Assembly: GCA_903915465.1 (NCBI GenBank)
Contig: CAIWTA010000120.1
Location: 591-64,590, forward strand
Source of the DNA: an uncultured Bacteroidales bacterium
GTDB lineage: Bacteria; Bacteroidota; Bacteroidia; Bacteroidales; FEN-979
Length of the DNA: 64,000 nt
Reading direction: 5' to 3'
The notes beneath the pieces were generated by a model. It made no database searches. It saw only the letters and a program-made list of their open reading frames with translations, and was not told the origin of the DNA. This document shows, in pieces, positions 42,057-51,877 of this stretch. Position 1 is the first letter of the stretch. Every line of letters starts with the position of its first letter. The translations under genes were made by a program, and so were the position numbers.

Positions 42057-43958
42057 CTATTTACTCTCCTGCTTCATTTCCCCTAAAAAATCACGTTTCT
42101 TCTGTGATTCACGGCAACGATTAATCTGTTCCCGAGCGCTGTCTGGTTGCCCCGTCAGGAAGTATATAGCACCGAGGTTGAATCGTGCATCGTCAAAAAA
42201 CGGATCAATGGATAGTGTCTCCTTCAGCGTTTTAATGGCCTCTTGCGGTTTGCCTTGATTAAACAAGACTGCGCTGTAATCGTTGCTTACCCTGACCTCG
42301 TAAGGTGTCATTTTCAGAGCCCGTAGAAAACATTTCTCTGCAATTCTATTTTCACCGAGTCGGTAGTGGGCAACTCCTTCGAACCAGCAAATCGGAAGGG
42401 TGTTGGGTGTGATGTGATAGAAAGGATTTTCAGCCATGCGGCAGTAAGTGATCACAAGAGCATCATTTTTACGCTCATTACGGAACATCAATACGGTGTA
42501 ATACTCTCCACGGAAGCGGGCAGCCGCGACCAAAACCGTAAACATACACAAGCACAGAAAGATAACAGAGAGCCATCTGGCAGGTAATTTGTGGAAAAAG
42601 CCAAACCGCATTGGAGGCAGCGGGACTTTGTTAAGCATAAAGGCGAAGACAGACCAGAGTAAGATATTATGTTCAACACGTCGCAGCGGAAAATCAAACG
42701 CAGCAAAAATGTAGAACCCGGTAATGAAAGCGGCATAAAAAAGAGTCTCCAACGGTGGTTTCGTCCGGGGAAAGAGGATCTGGTACAAAACGAAACCTGG
42801 TGGGAGGAAAAAAACGAAAAGTGCAAGGATGAATCCTGTGATTCCAAATTCTGATATGATACGCAACCATTCATTGTGCGGTTCGCTGTAAGTGAAGTTA
42901 CCGATGGTGTGTTCGGGATTGGGAGGATCCTTAATCGAAGGGATGGCCAAACGCCAGTTCCCGGCGCCGACACCGGAAAGCGGCCGGGCGGCTATCAATC
43001 CGAGCGATTTTTGCCAGAAGATCATACGCAGGTTGGCGTTTGAATAATAGTCCTCTGAATAATCGAATGCTGCCATTTTTGTGTGATCTTCCAGGTTGGC
43101 TTGCTGAAGTTTCCTGATGTTCCTGGCTTGCAATTCATCATATGATCTGAAGTAATTCCATATCATGATTTTTTGAAGAAAGTATTGCCTGCGCGTGTTG
43201 TCGAGCATTTGCGTAAAAACAACGATCCCGGTTGCCAGAAGGATCACGGAAAGAAACCCTGTGATGATATTCCGTTTTGAAAAAGCTTCCGGGTAACAGA
43301 TCTTCATCAGAACAAAGGAGATCACAAATGCAGTTATTGTGCCAAGGTATGCCGCCCTGCTTTGTATAATAATGATGAAAAACAGGGCAAGAATCCCTAC
43401 TGCTACAGAAATGTATTTCCATCCCCGTTTTAAGAGGATATAACCTGAAAAGACTAAGGGTAACGATAGGATAAGAAAACCAGAGTAGAGGTTGTTATTG
43501 GCTGAAACCGAAATGATTTTATAGGGATCGTAATAAGCCAGGAATGACATTTTGTAAAAGGCAAGTCCAAACGAAAACAGCAGTACGAGGAGATGGGTTT
43601 TAATAAAGAGGTTTTCGAATCCGGGATATTTCCCGACCAGTGCAGAAATCACAAAGAAGAGAGCCAATGATAAAAAAACCAGTTGCGACAGCAGGATCGT
43701 TTCAGATGGTTCGATCGACCAGAACGCGCTGAGCATGCTCCAGGCATAAAACAGAACAAATGCGGTTTCAAAAAGGTTATTCCTGATGCGGATCATGCGC
43801 CTCACACCAGCTATCCAGGCGATCAGCATTAAAAAGGAAAGCAATGCGAACCTTGGTATGAACGACCGATCAACCAGAATTCCGGAACGAATTGTACAAG
43901 TAAGGAACAGGAGGCAAATGCAAAAGATAGTCAGCCCTATTTTTGCACTTCTGTGCAT
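42057..43958 (-). CDS. O-antigen ligase (Wzy_C) family membrane protein with C-terminal TPR domain
   Basis: About 12 TM helices, the loop YSEPHNEWLRIISEFGITG, and C-terminal TPR units. Confidence 0.75.
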   Translation of the reverse strand: MHRSAKIGLTIFCICLLFLTCTIRSGILVDRSFIPRFALLSFLMLIAWIAGVRRMIRIRNNLFETAFVLFYAWSMLSAFWSIEPSETILLSQLVFLSLALFFVISALVGKYPGFENLFIKTHLLVLLFSFGLAFYKMSFLAYYDPYKIISVSANNNLYSGFLILSLPLVFSGYILLKRGWKYISVAVGILALFFIIIIQSRAAYLGTITAFVISFVLMKICYPEAFSKRNIITGFLSVILLATGIVVFTQMLDNTRRQYFLQKIMIWNYFRSYDELQARNIRKLQQANLEDHTKMAAFDYSEDYYSNANLRMIFWQKSLGLIAARPLSGVGAGNWRLAIPSIKDPPNPEHTIGNFTYSEPHNEWLRIISEFGITGFILALFVFFLPPGFVLYQILFPRTKPPLETLFYAAFITGFYIFAAFDFPLRRVEHNILLWSVFAFMLNKVPLPPMRFGFFHKLPARWLSVIFLCLCMFTVLVAAARFRGEYYTVLMFRNERKNDALVITYCRMAENPFYHITPNTLPICWFEGVAHYRLGENRIAEKCFLRALKMTPYEVRVSNDYSAVLFNQGKPQEAIKTLKETLSIDPFFDDARFNLGAIYFLTGQPDSAREQINRCRESQKKRDFLGEMKQESK

Positions 43959-43985
43959 GATCAGATTAATGGAATCGTTGCCCGG

Positions 43986-45089
43986 TTATTCAAAGAAAGT
44001 GATGATGGTGCATCCGCCTTCGCCGGAAGTTGGTGGGATACTTGAAGAATAGGTCGAAACAGAGCCGCCTTTCCCGGGTTTTGAGGTCAGCACCCTGTCG
44101 CCGATGTAGGAGCGTTCAATCCCCTGCCAAACATCAAGAATGTTAGAATTAGATACTCCTGCATAACTGGTCACCGGACCAATGTTTGCTGTACCGGCAT
44201 TCCCGTGAATAGTATAGAGGTCATAGCTTCCTTTATAGCCCCCTTTTCCACCGGCTGCTTTCAGTGAGCCGAACCAGGAATCGCCACCGTTGCTGCCATC
44301 GGTATCTCCGTACCACCAGTAGCCTGAATAGTAAGCATTATAACCAGAATATCCACCCGTCCCGATCACTACATTAAATTGCTGGTTCTGTGTAACATCC
44401 ATAATCTGTTCCGAGAAACCACCGCTGCCACCATCACCACCATTGTTTAAAATATAGGAGTAGGAATAGGAATAAGCGCCGCCACCACCGCCACCACCCG
44501 AAGCGCCCCATAGCTCCACCTTAATTTTAGAAACAGAGGCTGGAACTGTCCAGGTTTGGGAAGAAGTTAAAACCACTTTAGTGTTTTGGGGATTGCCAGT
44601 GTTACTGATCACGTAAGGAGTAGTCGTAGTACCAGTTCCCGATACTACCATATTTGTACCTGCAACAATTTTTGTTTCGGAACCATCCACGTTGGCCTTT
44701 TCGGAATAGAGTGCATAAGGTACACTCAGCAATTGGCTGACCCCCGAAATAGAGTAGTTCGTACCACCGGCCGGGTCGGTCTCACTCTTCAGGAAATAAG
44801 GTCCCTGTGCCCAGTTTATCGTTTCGAAGCTTCCTGTTGTAGTGCCAGTACCAACAGCTACCGATACAAGGCCGTTCAAATTGGTAGCAGCGGTGTGTGT
44901 TTCGCTATAAACTACAAGCCCTGTTGCAGAACCTTGAAGGACACTGAACCGGATCCCGACATTCGCGTTCTGGACTAATTTACCCTGGTCATTTCTTACA
45001 ACGGCCTGATAGCTTAGTTTTTGAGGAGATTGTGCAACGACAATGATGGCAAAGAGGAATGTTGCCACAAGAGATAAAAGTTTTTTCAT
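43986..45089 (-). CDS. Secreted glycine-rich-domain protein (tail-fibre-like N-domain)
   Basis: Signal peptide, SYQAVVRNDQGKL...LLSVPYALYSEKA module, then GASGGGGGGGAY / GGDGGSGG / GGKGG tracts. Confidence 0.65.
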   Translation of the reverse strand: MKKLLSLVATFLFAIIVVAQSPQKLSYQAVVRNDQGKLVQNANVGIRFSVLQGSATGLVVYSETHTAATNLNGLVSVAVGTGTTTGSFETINWAQGPYFLKSETDPAGGTNYSISGVSQLLSVPYALYSEKANVDGSETKIVAGTNMVVSGTGTTTTPYVISNTGNPQNTKVVLTSSQTWTVPASVSKIKVELWGASGGGGGGGAYSYSYSYILNNGGDGGSGGFSEQIMDVTQNQQFNVVIGTGGYSGYNAYYSGYWWYGDTDGSNGGDSWFGSLKAAGGKGGYKGSYDLYTIHGNAGTANIGPVTSYAGVSNSNILDVWQGIERSYIGDRVLTSKPGKGGSVSTYSSSIPPTSGEGGCTIITFFE

Positions 45090-45571
45090 TTTTTAATGAT
45101 TTTATAGGTCTTGACTGGCCGATCATTTTCAAGGATAACCAGAAAATAAGTAGCGGGCTTAAGGTCATCCATCGGGATGGAGATCTCTTCAGAGTCGACT
45201 GCAATCTCACGCAGCCGTGCGCCTTCTAAATCGAAAATGCAGGAGGACAAGTTTTTCAGGTTATGATTCAAAAATTTCAGGATGATTTTTCCGGTTGTCG
45301 GATTAGGGAAAACAGTACATTCGGTACTTGATTCAAATTCTTCGAGGCCTGATATAATAAAGAACTCATAAGGTTGCTGAACCCCTTCAGTCACTGTGCC
45401 GGTGGTGCTGCTCCATGCAGAATAGTCTACCAATCCGATACTCCAGGAAACGGTACCACCGTTGCCGGTGGCATTACAATTAGCCGAAAGAATATCCTGC
45501 TGGGCAAACAACGCTCCTATCGGAAATTCCGCAAGTATCAATATGAAAAATAATTTCAGAATAATTTTCAC
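45086..45571 (-). CDS. Small secreted protein with T9SS C-terminal domain
   Basis: Signal peptide and CTD VFPNPTTGKIILKF...ATYFLVI...YKIIKK. The stop overlaps the next start (ATGA). Confidence 0.65.
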   Translation of the reverse strand: MKIILKLFFILILAEFPIGALFAQQDILSANCNATGNGGTVSWSIGLVDYSAWSSTTGTVTEGVQQPYEFFIISGLEEFESSTECTVFPNPTTGKIILKFLNHNLKNLSSCIFDLEGARLREIAVDSEEISIPMDDLKPATYFLVILENDRPVKTYKIIKK

Positions 45572-45727
45572 AGGTCAGGATTTATTTTTTGATTCCAACA
45601 GAATAAAAATAATGCGCAAATTTACAATTAAAATCGAAAAAACGGACAACAATGCACGCGGAAAAAGTAAGAATAATAGATCCAAGGCCGAAAAGTAAAG
45701 AAAGAATACCCGTTCCGATTTTCGCAA

Positions 45728-46252
45728 TCAAGCTCCTGTAAATGTATAGTCATTAATCCGGTTAATCCATCCATTCCGGAATCTTGCCTGGGAAGGATCT
45801 CTGGTGATCAGGTCTTCTACGAATTTCTTTCTTGCGTCTACGATCATTTGATGAAATTTCTGTTGATTTGCTGAATTTACTGCAGTAATTGTGAGATTCC
45901 CTACGATTCCATCGGGTTTCAAATTCAATATACGTTGAGGGTTAACGATTCCCCATTTCCCCGAGGCCCATACCCAATCCACCAGAATATCTGCTACTGT
46001 TTGATTATTGATCAGGTCGGCCTTCCAACGATCCCAGTAAAATTTCTTCAATACAACAGTAGCATCCTTTCTTGTCAGAAGCCGGATGTCATCAACATCA
46101 ATGTCACCATCACCATCCTTATCATAGCCAACCTGCCTCCAGGTTGATAAAGTTACGCCCAGGTTAGTTGCGCCGCCATGATCCACAGGATCATTCACAA
46201 AACCGCCTTCCCATTTGAATATTTTGGGGGCTAAAAGATTTACATCTGCCAT
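45728..46252 (-). CDS. Glycoside hydrolase family 108 lysozyme-like protein with PG-binding C-terminus
   Basis: [22 protein letters not shown] (GH108 catalytic EGG block). It contains the EF-hand-like loop [12 protein letters not shown]. Confidence 0.8.
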   Translation of the reverse strand: MADVNLLAPKIFKWEGGFVNDPVDHGGATNLGVTLSTWRQVGYDKDGDGDIDVDDIRLLTRKDATVVLKKFYWDRWKADLINNQTVADILVDWVWASGKWGIVNPQRILNLKPDGIVGNLTITAVNSANQQKFHQMIVDARKKFVEDLITRDPSQARFRNGWINRINDYTFTGA

Positions 46253-46446
46253 AGCTTTTGATTTTAAATGATAGTACTCAACAATACCGGATATGATATT
46301 GTAAAAATAAATAAAATTCGCTATTTCATGATAAAATTCCTTGTTGGATTATTTGCAGATCCATGGTGTTCTGCCGCAGGTTCCGGTACAATCATAATCG
46401 CATGCATTGGTATCGGCAGAGTTAAAGGATTTGCTAAAATCACTTT

Positions 46447-47454
46447 TCAAAAACCTTTCTCAATTACCACGACGAGCGCATCAAGCTGGCAATACATTTT
46501 CTGGAAGAACTGGAAACGATGCTTCTCGGCAACCCCGCTGATCAGGTTGGCCTGTTTGATCAGGTTATTCATCCAATTTTCTGTCAGTGTACAGAATCCG
46601 GGATTCGTGGTGTACATTTTATTAAAAGTGTGGAAACTGTTATACAGTACTTTTATTTCCCCGATATTAACCAGGATAAAATTATTTCCAATTTCAATAT
46701 CGCTGTGATAAAGCTGGTAATTTCTGGCAAAATTATTTGTCTGCCCGTTGGCCAGGATTTTCATGTTCATTTCCGATTCACGCTGCACCTTTTCCAGTGT
46801 TTTTCTGACGGCGTTGATCAGGCTGATTGCCTCTTCCTTGCTGTAAAACACTCCTGATTGCCAGTAATAAATTATTTGTTTGAGAATGCTGTTCAGAATA
46901 CTGTCGGACCAGATTTCAGTGGATGGGATCATGGCATAAAGATCTGCCAGTTGCATGCACAGACTGATCACTTCCTGATTCACATCTGCGACCCGGTATT
47001 TCTTTACCATAAAATCAGGGTCTGTTGAAACGGAACGAAGCCAATAGAACATCTTAAAGTAAAGGTATTCCGGGAAATTGAAATAGTGGAATATCGGCAT
47101 ATCCACGGCTGCATAGATGATCTGTTTGTCTGGCGCACGGCTGATCCGAACCATCTCATCTTTAATATCAGTAAGGTAGCGGATAAAATCTGTGAACGTA
47201 TTTACCTCATGGTAACTAAAGTTTACAAAACCTGACTGAGATGATGCCAGGGCATCGAATGAAATCTGAAAGTGCCCGCAGATAGTTATTATCTCGTCGA
47301 TGGTCAAGGCTGTTTCTCCCCGAATCCTGCGATAAGCGCTATCGGAGCTGACATGCAGAAGGTCTGCCAGTTCGTCTGCAAGGGATATATTTCCCGGCAG
47401 AGTGCTTTTTATTTTATTGATCAGCAATCCCTGAACCTCCTGGTGACTTTTCAT
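46447..47454 (-). CDS. Helix-turn-helix transcriptional regulator, family unclear
   Basis: N-terminal HTH LADELADLLHVSSDSAYRRIRGE with a large uncharacterised C-terminal domain. Confidence 0.6.
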   Translation of the reverse strand: MKSHQEVQGLLINKIKSTLPGNISLADELADLLHVSSDSAYRRIRGETALTIDEIITICGHFQISFDALASSQSGFVNFSYHEVNTFTDFIRYLTDIKDEMVRISRAPDKQIIYAAVDMPIFHYFNFPEYLYFKMFYWLRSVSTDPDFMVKKYRVADVNQEVISLCMQLADLYAMIPSTEIWSDSILNSILKQIIYYWQSGVFYSKEEAISLINAVRKTLEKVQRESEMNMKILANGQTNNFARNYQLYHSDIEIGNNFILVNIGEIKVLYNSFHTFNKMYTTNPGFCTLTENWMNNLIKQANLISGVAEKHRFQFFQKMYCQLDALVVVIEKGF

Positions 47455-47729
47455 AATTATGTAGTTATGATCCGTTCTTTTCTTTGTAAAAATAAGTATA
47501 AAAGACTAAAATCCATGTTTAAATTGCAATATTTGAACTTGCAACAGCTTTCCTCAGGTCGATTTATTAATGGCAATTGATTTTTGCCAGAAATCTGTTT
47601 CCCCCAGCAGTTTCCCGTTTTTCTAATGTCAGATCCGGTTCTAATTTTGGATCATAAAATTAATTGCCGATGTAATAATACAGAGCAGCAGGTATAAACG
47701 AATCAAGTAAAAACTCAAAACCCAACATC

Positions 47730-48665
47730 ATGGAAACAAAAATTTTAAAAGGGGAATCGGTCAAAGGGCGGATTCTGACAGAAACCAAAACAGAGATAGA
47801 AGAACTCAAAATCACGTATGGTAAGGTTCCCGGGATTGCATTCATTGGATTTGAAGGAGTTTCGCTTGCAAAATACACGATCCCGCTCCATGTTCACTTA
47901 GCTGAAGAGCTTGGATTTAGGGTGTGTATTGAAATAATGCCGGAAAGTGTGACGGAAAAGGAATTGTTCAAACTTACCCGGGAATTGAATGATAATATTG
48001 ATATTCATGCTGTTGTAATTCTCCAACCAGTACCACCGCACCTTAATGCGATGCGAATCTCAAACAGCATTAACGCTAAGAAAGAGGTGGAAGGTTTTCA
48101 TCCCATGAATATGCTGGGAACCATGCTCCCAGAGGTCATGCCAAACAATTATCCAATGTGTTTGCCGGCTGCACTTGAAGAGATCTTTAAAGATGCCGGC
48201 ATTCGACCCGGTAAGGATCAGGAGTGGGTTTTTTTGGTGGATGAGGAATTTTTGGTCAATCCATTAACTAAGATGATCATTCATACGGCTGCTTTAAAAG
48301 TTGTACCGAATGATTGCCCGGTCACATTTCTGACGCGGAATTCCTCGTTGCTTGTTGAACATTGCAAAAGAGCGGATTACCTGGTAATCGTAACAAAGCA
48401 CCCTGAATATGTGCAACCCGGATGGTTGAAACCCGGGGTTTGTATCATGGATATCTACTCAAATCTGGTAAAGGAAATTCCCGATAGAAATAACTCTTCG
48501 AAGCTGATACCGGTCATTCGCGGAGGCATCACTGCAGAATCTGTTAAAAGTATTGCCGGCGCCATCCTGCCGATCCCGGGTGGATTGATGACTACTGTGC
48601 TTGCTATCCTATTTCATAATGCCATGCTCGCATTTAAAGATAGAATGATATTAGAGACAGTTTAA
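47730..48665 (+). CDS. Divergent FolD-like (methylene-THF dehydrogenase/cyclohydrolase fold) protein
   Basis: ILQPVPPHL, VEGFHPMN and PIPGGLMTTVLAILFHN align to FolD blocks, but the catalytic Lys region and the GxSxxxG loop are not conserved. Confidence 0.6.
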   Translation: METKILKGESVKGRILTETKTEIEELKITYGKVPGIAFIGFEGVSLAKYTIPLHVHLAEELGFRVCIEIMPESVTEKELFKLTRELNDNIDIHAVVILQPVPPHLNAMRISNSINAKKEVEGFHPMNMLGTMLPEVMPNNYPMCLPAALEEIFKDAGIRPGKDQEWVFLVDEEFLVNPLTKMIIHTAALKVVPNDCPVTFLTRNSSLLVEHCKRADYLVIVTKHPEYVQPGWLKPGVCIMDIYSNLVKEIPDRNNSSKLIPVIRGGITAESVKSIAGAILPIPGGLMTTVLAILFHNAMLAFKDRMILETV

Positions 48666-48691
48666 TTCTACTTTGGTAGGATGACCAAATA

Positions 48692-49834
48692 TCAGAAATG
48701 AATATTATCGAAAACTTCTATTTCCCGTTCGATAACTTCACAAATAATCAGATCGGGTTTTTCAATATCTATCAAACTCCTGTCATAGGAAGACCAGATA
48801 AAAACTGATTCCCCGAATGATTCCTTGAAAAAAGGTATCATGGCTGTGAAGAATGAATCGCGGAAGATCAACACTTTAAGTGGGCGGTGGTCATTGATAA
48901 ACCTGATTTCATAATCATTTGAATTCCTGGTGTAATAATCCGGAACGGGTAATTTATTTTTTTCCGGTTTAGCATGACTTATAAATTTTGGCTCCATGAT
49001 CACGGAATCTTCAGGAAGTTTCAGGGATAGCATCCCTGTCAGGTCGTTTGTTTCTGAAGTCATGGTGTCAAGTTTGAAATCATTCATTGAAAATACTTTG
49101 AGCCCCGGAAAATCCCGGACAATAAAATCCATCAGGGTACGGTATCCAAGGAAGCCACCAAAGGAGTTCCAATGGGTACCATGAAGGTAAAACAACCTTT
49201 TGTCACAGTGACCGGGGAAATCTCTTTTCAGATCAATAATATTGAGTTGATGATGATTCATTCTGATTAATAACTGATCAAGTTTGGTAGGGTGTTTTGA
49301 TTTGGTAATTGGCAGATACTGTCCATATACCGTAAGTTTATTTGGTGCAATTGCAACGTATACCTTTATCCCTCTTTGTTTGCAGTCCTCGCCGATGGTT
49401 TTGATATTGTTTTCGATAATTCCGAGTTGTGATTCTGAAAACCAGGTGATTCCTTTTGATTCTTTGATTACGTCGCTAAAGGAATTACCAAGAAAATACC
49501 AATTGTTGGTGCCCAGTACTACCTTTTCAGGAAAGGGGTTGACAGAAAATAATGATGTTTTACAGAACCGGAAAATTGTCAATAATTCACTCCTGAATCC
49601 CAAATGATCAGAATAATAAGCATTGATTTCTGGTAAAAGCTTAACGATAGTTCCAAAGGGATTTGATTGATCCCGGGTGTCGAATTTGGGAAAAGAAACG
49701 CTTTTTCTGTTTTCCCCGGGAAGTACTTCTGCTTTTTTATTATCAAATAGCATTTTGCCAGTTGGAAGACAAAGGAAAAGCACAAAGCCAAAGACCAGAA
49801 CCTTATGTTGCCATTCTTGTTTCATGGGAATCAA
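48692..49834 (-). CDS. AlgJ/AlgX-like SGNH-type O-acyltransferase accessory protein
   Basis: N-terminal TM anchor, a GTHWN block like the DxHW(N) motif of AlgJ/AlgX, and ATGA overlap with the upstream MBOAT gene. Confidence 0.6.
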   Translation of the reverse strand: MIPMKQEWQHKVLVFGFVLFLCLPTGKMLFDNKKAEVLPGENRKSVSFPKFDTRDQSNPFGTIVKLLPEINAYYSDHLGFRSELLTIFRFCKTSLFSVNPFPEKVVLGTNNWYFLGNSFSDVIKESKGITWFSESQLGIIENNIKTIGEDCKQRGIKVYVAIAPNKLTVYGQYLPITKSKHPTKLDQLLIRMNHHQLNIIDLKRDFPGHCDKRLFYLHGTHWNSFGGFLGYRTLMDFIVRDFPGLKVFSMNDFKLDTMTSETNDLTGMLSLKLPEDSVIMEPKFISHAKPEKNKLPVPDYYTRNSNDYEIRFINDHRPLKVLIFRDSFFTAMIPFFKESFGESVFIWSSYDRSLIDIEKPDLIICEVIEREIEVFDNIHF

Positions 49835-51309
49835 AACCTGAAATAAATAAATGGATTATAAGTTTGAGCGGTGATATATGAGAGTGAGATCAAAAGCAAT
49901 AAAAACAGAAAGCTGAGGCGTAGGAGGCTACAAGTTAGCCTGATCCCTTTATTGGTCACTGATACAACCATCAGCTTAGCTTTTAAGACAGACATGAAAG
50001 GTGTTGAGAGAATTATTGCGCCAATCAGAATCAGGAAGGTCTCCCAGTTAATGGTGAAAAAACAGAGATAACTGTTTAAGGGAACAGATCCGTTTGAATA
50101 AACAAATAGTTTATGATAGAAATGCATGGCCTGATCAAGGTCTGCCGTGCGAAACAAAACCCACCCTCCCATTATGACAAGAAGGGTATATAGATGTTGT
50201 ATGGGGAACCACAGTTTATGAAGGGTGCGTTTCAGGACAACCTGCTCCACAATCATGAAGCTGGCGTAGTAAATGCCCCAGATCACGAAGGAAAGAGACG
50301 GACCATGCCAACAACCACAAATTATAAAGGTGATCATCGTGGCCACTATATAGAGGAGGTTATCTGTCCTGATCATTGCGTATATATCTTTTTTCCATTT
50401 TTTTGAAAGGTAGTAGGCCACGGGTAAGAAGATATAGTCGCGCAACCATGAGGAAAGAGTCATATGCCACCTCCTCCAGAATTCACGGATATTTTTTGAT
50501 AGATACGGGTAGTTGAAATTTTCAGGGAAGGTGAAGCCAAGGATCATCCCAATCCCAATGGCCATATCGGTATAACCAGCAAAATCGAAGAAAATCTGCA
50601 TCGTATAGGAAACCAGTCCAAGCCAAGCCATAGAAGTAGAAATTTCCCTGACTGGCGCTGAAAAAATCTGGTCAGCTACAGCCCCAAGGGTGTTTGCAAT
50701 CAATACCTTCCGGGCAAGACCGATGATGAATCTTTCTGTGCCGCATGCTATCTTCTGAAAAGATGGTTTCCTGTCATGAAGATCACTTTTCAGTTCAATA
50801 TATCTGGCAATAGGCCCGGCGATCAATAATGGAAAAAACGCCAGCCAGGTTGCAAAATCAATGAATTTTTGTTCAGGTTCTGTCTTTTTTCTGTAAACAT
50901 CCACAAGGTAGGAGATGACCCTGAAAGTATAGAAACTGATCCCGACTGGAAGAACCAGCGATGAAAGATTATGAAGTTGTGGCACAAACCAGGAATTACT
51001 ATCCGCAACTCCAAGCAGGATGTTTGTCAGAAAGAGATGATATTTAAAAACTGAGAGAAGTGCAACATTCAAGATAATTCCCAGTGCTAAAATCCAAACT
51101 TGTTCATTTTTTTTGAGGAGAAGTCCGAAATAAAAATTAAGGCAAATTGAAAAGAGCAGTACAATCGCACTTATATTGTCGAACGTCACAACCAGGACAA
51201 GGCTGAAAATCAAAATTGCGATATTCTTAAACCTGGAGGGAATGACATGATATATGATCAGGAACAGAGGCAGGAAAAGAAAAAGGAATTTAATGCTGGT
51301 AAATGCCAT
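49831..51309 (-). CDS. MBOAT-family O-acyltransferase (AlgI/DltB-like)
   Basis: Multi-TM protein with FWRRWHMTLSSWLRDYIF and the conserved His region (CGCWHG). Confidence 0.85.
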   Translation of the reverse strand: MAFTSIKFLFLFLPLFLIIYHVIPSRFKNIAILIFSLVLVVTFDNISAIVLLFSICLNFYFGLLLKKNEQVWILALGIILNVALLSVFKYHLFLTNILLGVADSNSWFVPQLHNLSSLVLPVGISFYTFRVISYLVDVYRKKTEPEQKFIDFATWLAFFPLLIAGPIARYIELKSDLHDRKPSFQKIACGTERFIIGLARKVLIANTLGAVADQIFSAPVREISTSMAWLGLVSYTMQIFFDFAGYTDMAIGIGMILGFTFPENFNYPYLSKNIREFWRRWHMTLSSWLRDYIFLPVAYYLSKKWKKDIYAMIRTDNLLYIVATMITFIICGCWHGPSLSFVIWGIYYASFMIVEQVVLKRTLHKLWFPIQHLYTLLVIMGGWVLFRTADLDQAMHFYHKLFVYSNGSVPLNSYLCFFTINWETFLILIGAIILSTPFMSVLKAKLMVVSVTNKGIRLTCSLLRLSFLFLLLLISLSYITAQTYNPFIYFRF

Positions 51310-51402
51310 AGGTTCTTTTTACACCAAAAGTTTGCCGTCAGCCCATAATTAGAACTTCCTGATAGATAAGATATTCGAGAATGTTTTCACATTTAACTTG
51401 TG

Positions 51403-51410
51403 CAAATATA
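51403..51410 (-). promoter_or_regulatory. Bacteroidota -7 promoter box TATATTTG (minus strand)
   Basis: TAnnTTTG match 94 nt upstream of the MBOAT ATG. Confidence 0.35.
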
Positions 51411-51557
51411 CCGAAAGTTCTCAGGTATCAAAAAGGAGGCCTGAAGTGGCATTATCTTTTTTGAGGTTCTGGCCTCTGAAATTATGGACACATTTAACCA
51501 AAGTAGAATTAGAGACTGTGTAAAAATTTCAATATTTTTCTATCTAATATTGCCCTC

Positions 51558-51667
51558 AGGCCGGGCGGCCTCGTCGCCACAACGCAGCTGCGCCTTCATC
51601 TATCTCACTTCGTGAGATTTCCGGCTTCGCCGGAACCGAAGACGTCGAAGGCTGCTTATGTGGCGAC
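51558..51667. other. GC-rich multi-hairpin element (candidate structured RNA or REP-like element)
   Basis: Closing stem gtcgccaca (51573-81)/tgtggcgac (51659-67) plus gcagc/gctgc. Two internal hairpins both have a cttcg loop. Flanks are AT-rich. Confidence 0.3.
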
Positions 51668-51877
51668 TGTTATTCAATTGATTGTTGTCTTTTCCATAGC
51701 TTATCGAGTGAATTATCAAGGATTTTAAAAGACCCGTCTTTTGAGATTCATGTAAAGAAAATCGAGGAATGAGCGTCAAAAACTGCGTACTGTTTGAGAG
51801 CGCAGCGACGAGTTTCCGCAGTTTAGCGAAAGACGAAGATTTTTAGTGAATTTCATACAGCGGTGACTTTTACTTTG

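Noticed and set aside
46268-46857. Plus-strand ORFs 46268-46708 and 46519-46857
   Set aside because: They are antisense to the 335-aa HTH regulator gene, which has a recognisable HTH motif. They have no motifs of their own and are likely shadow ORFs.
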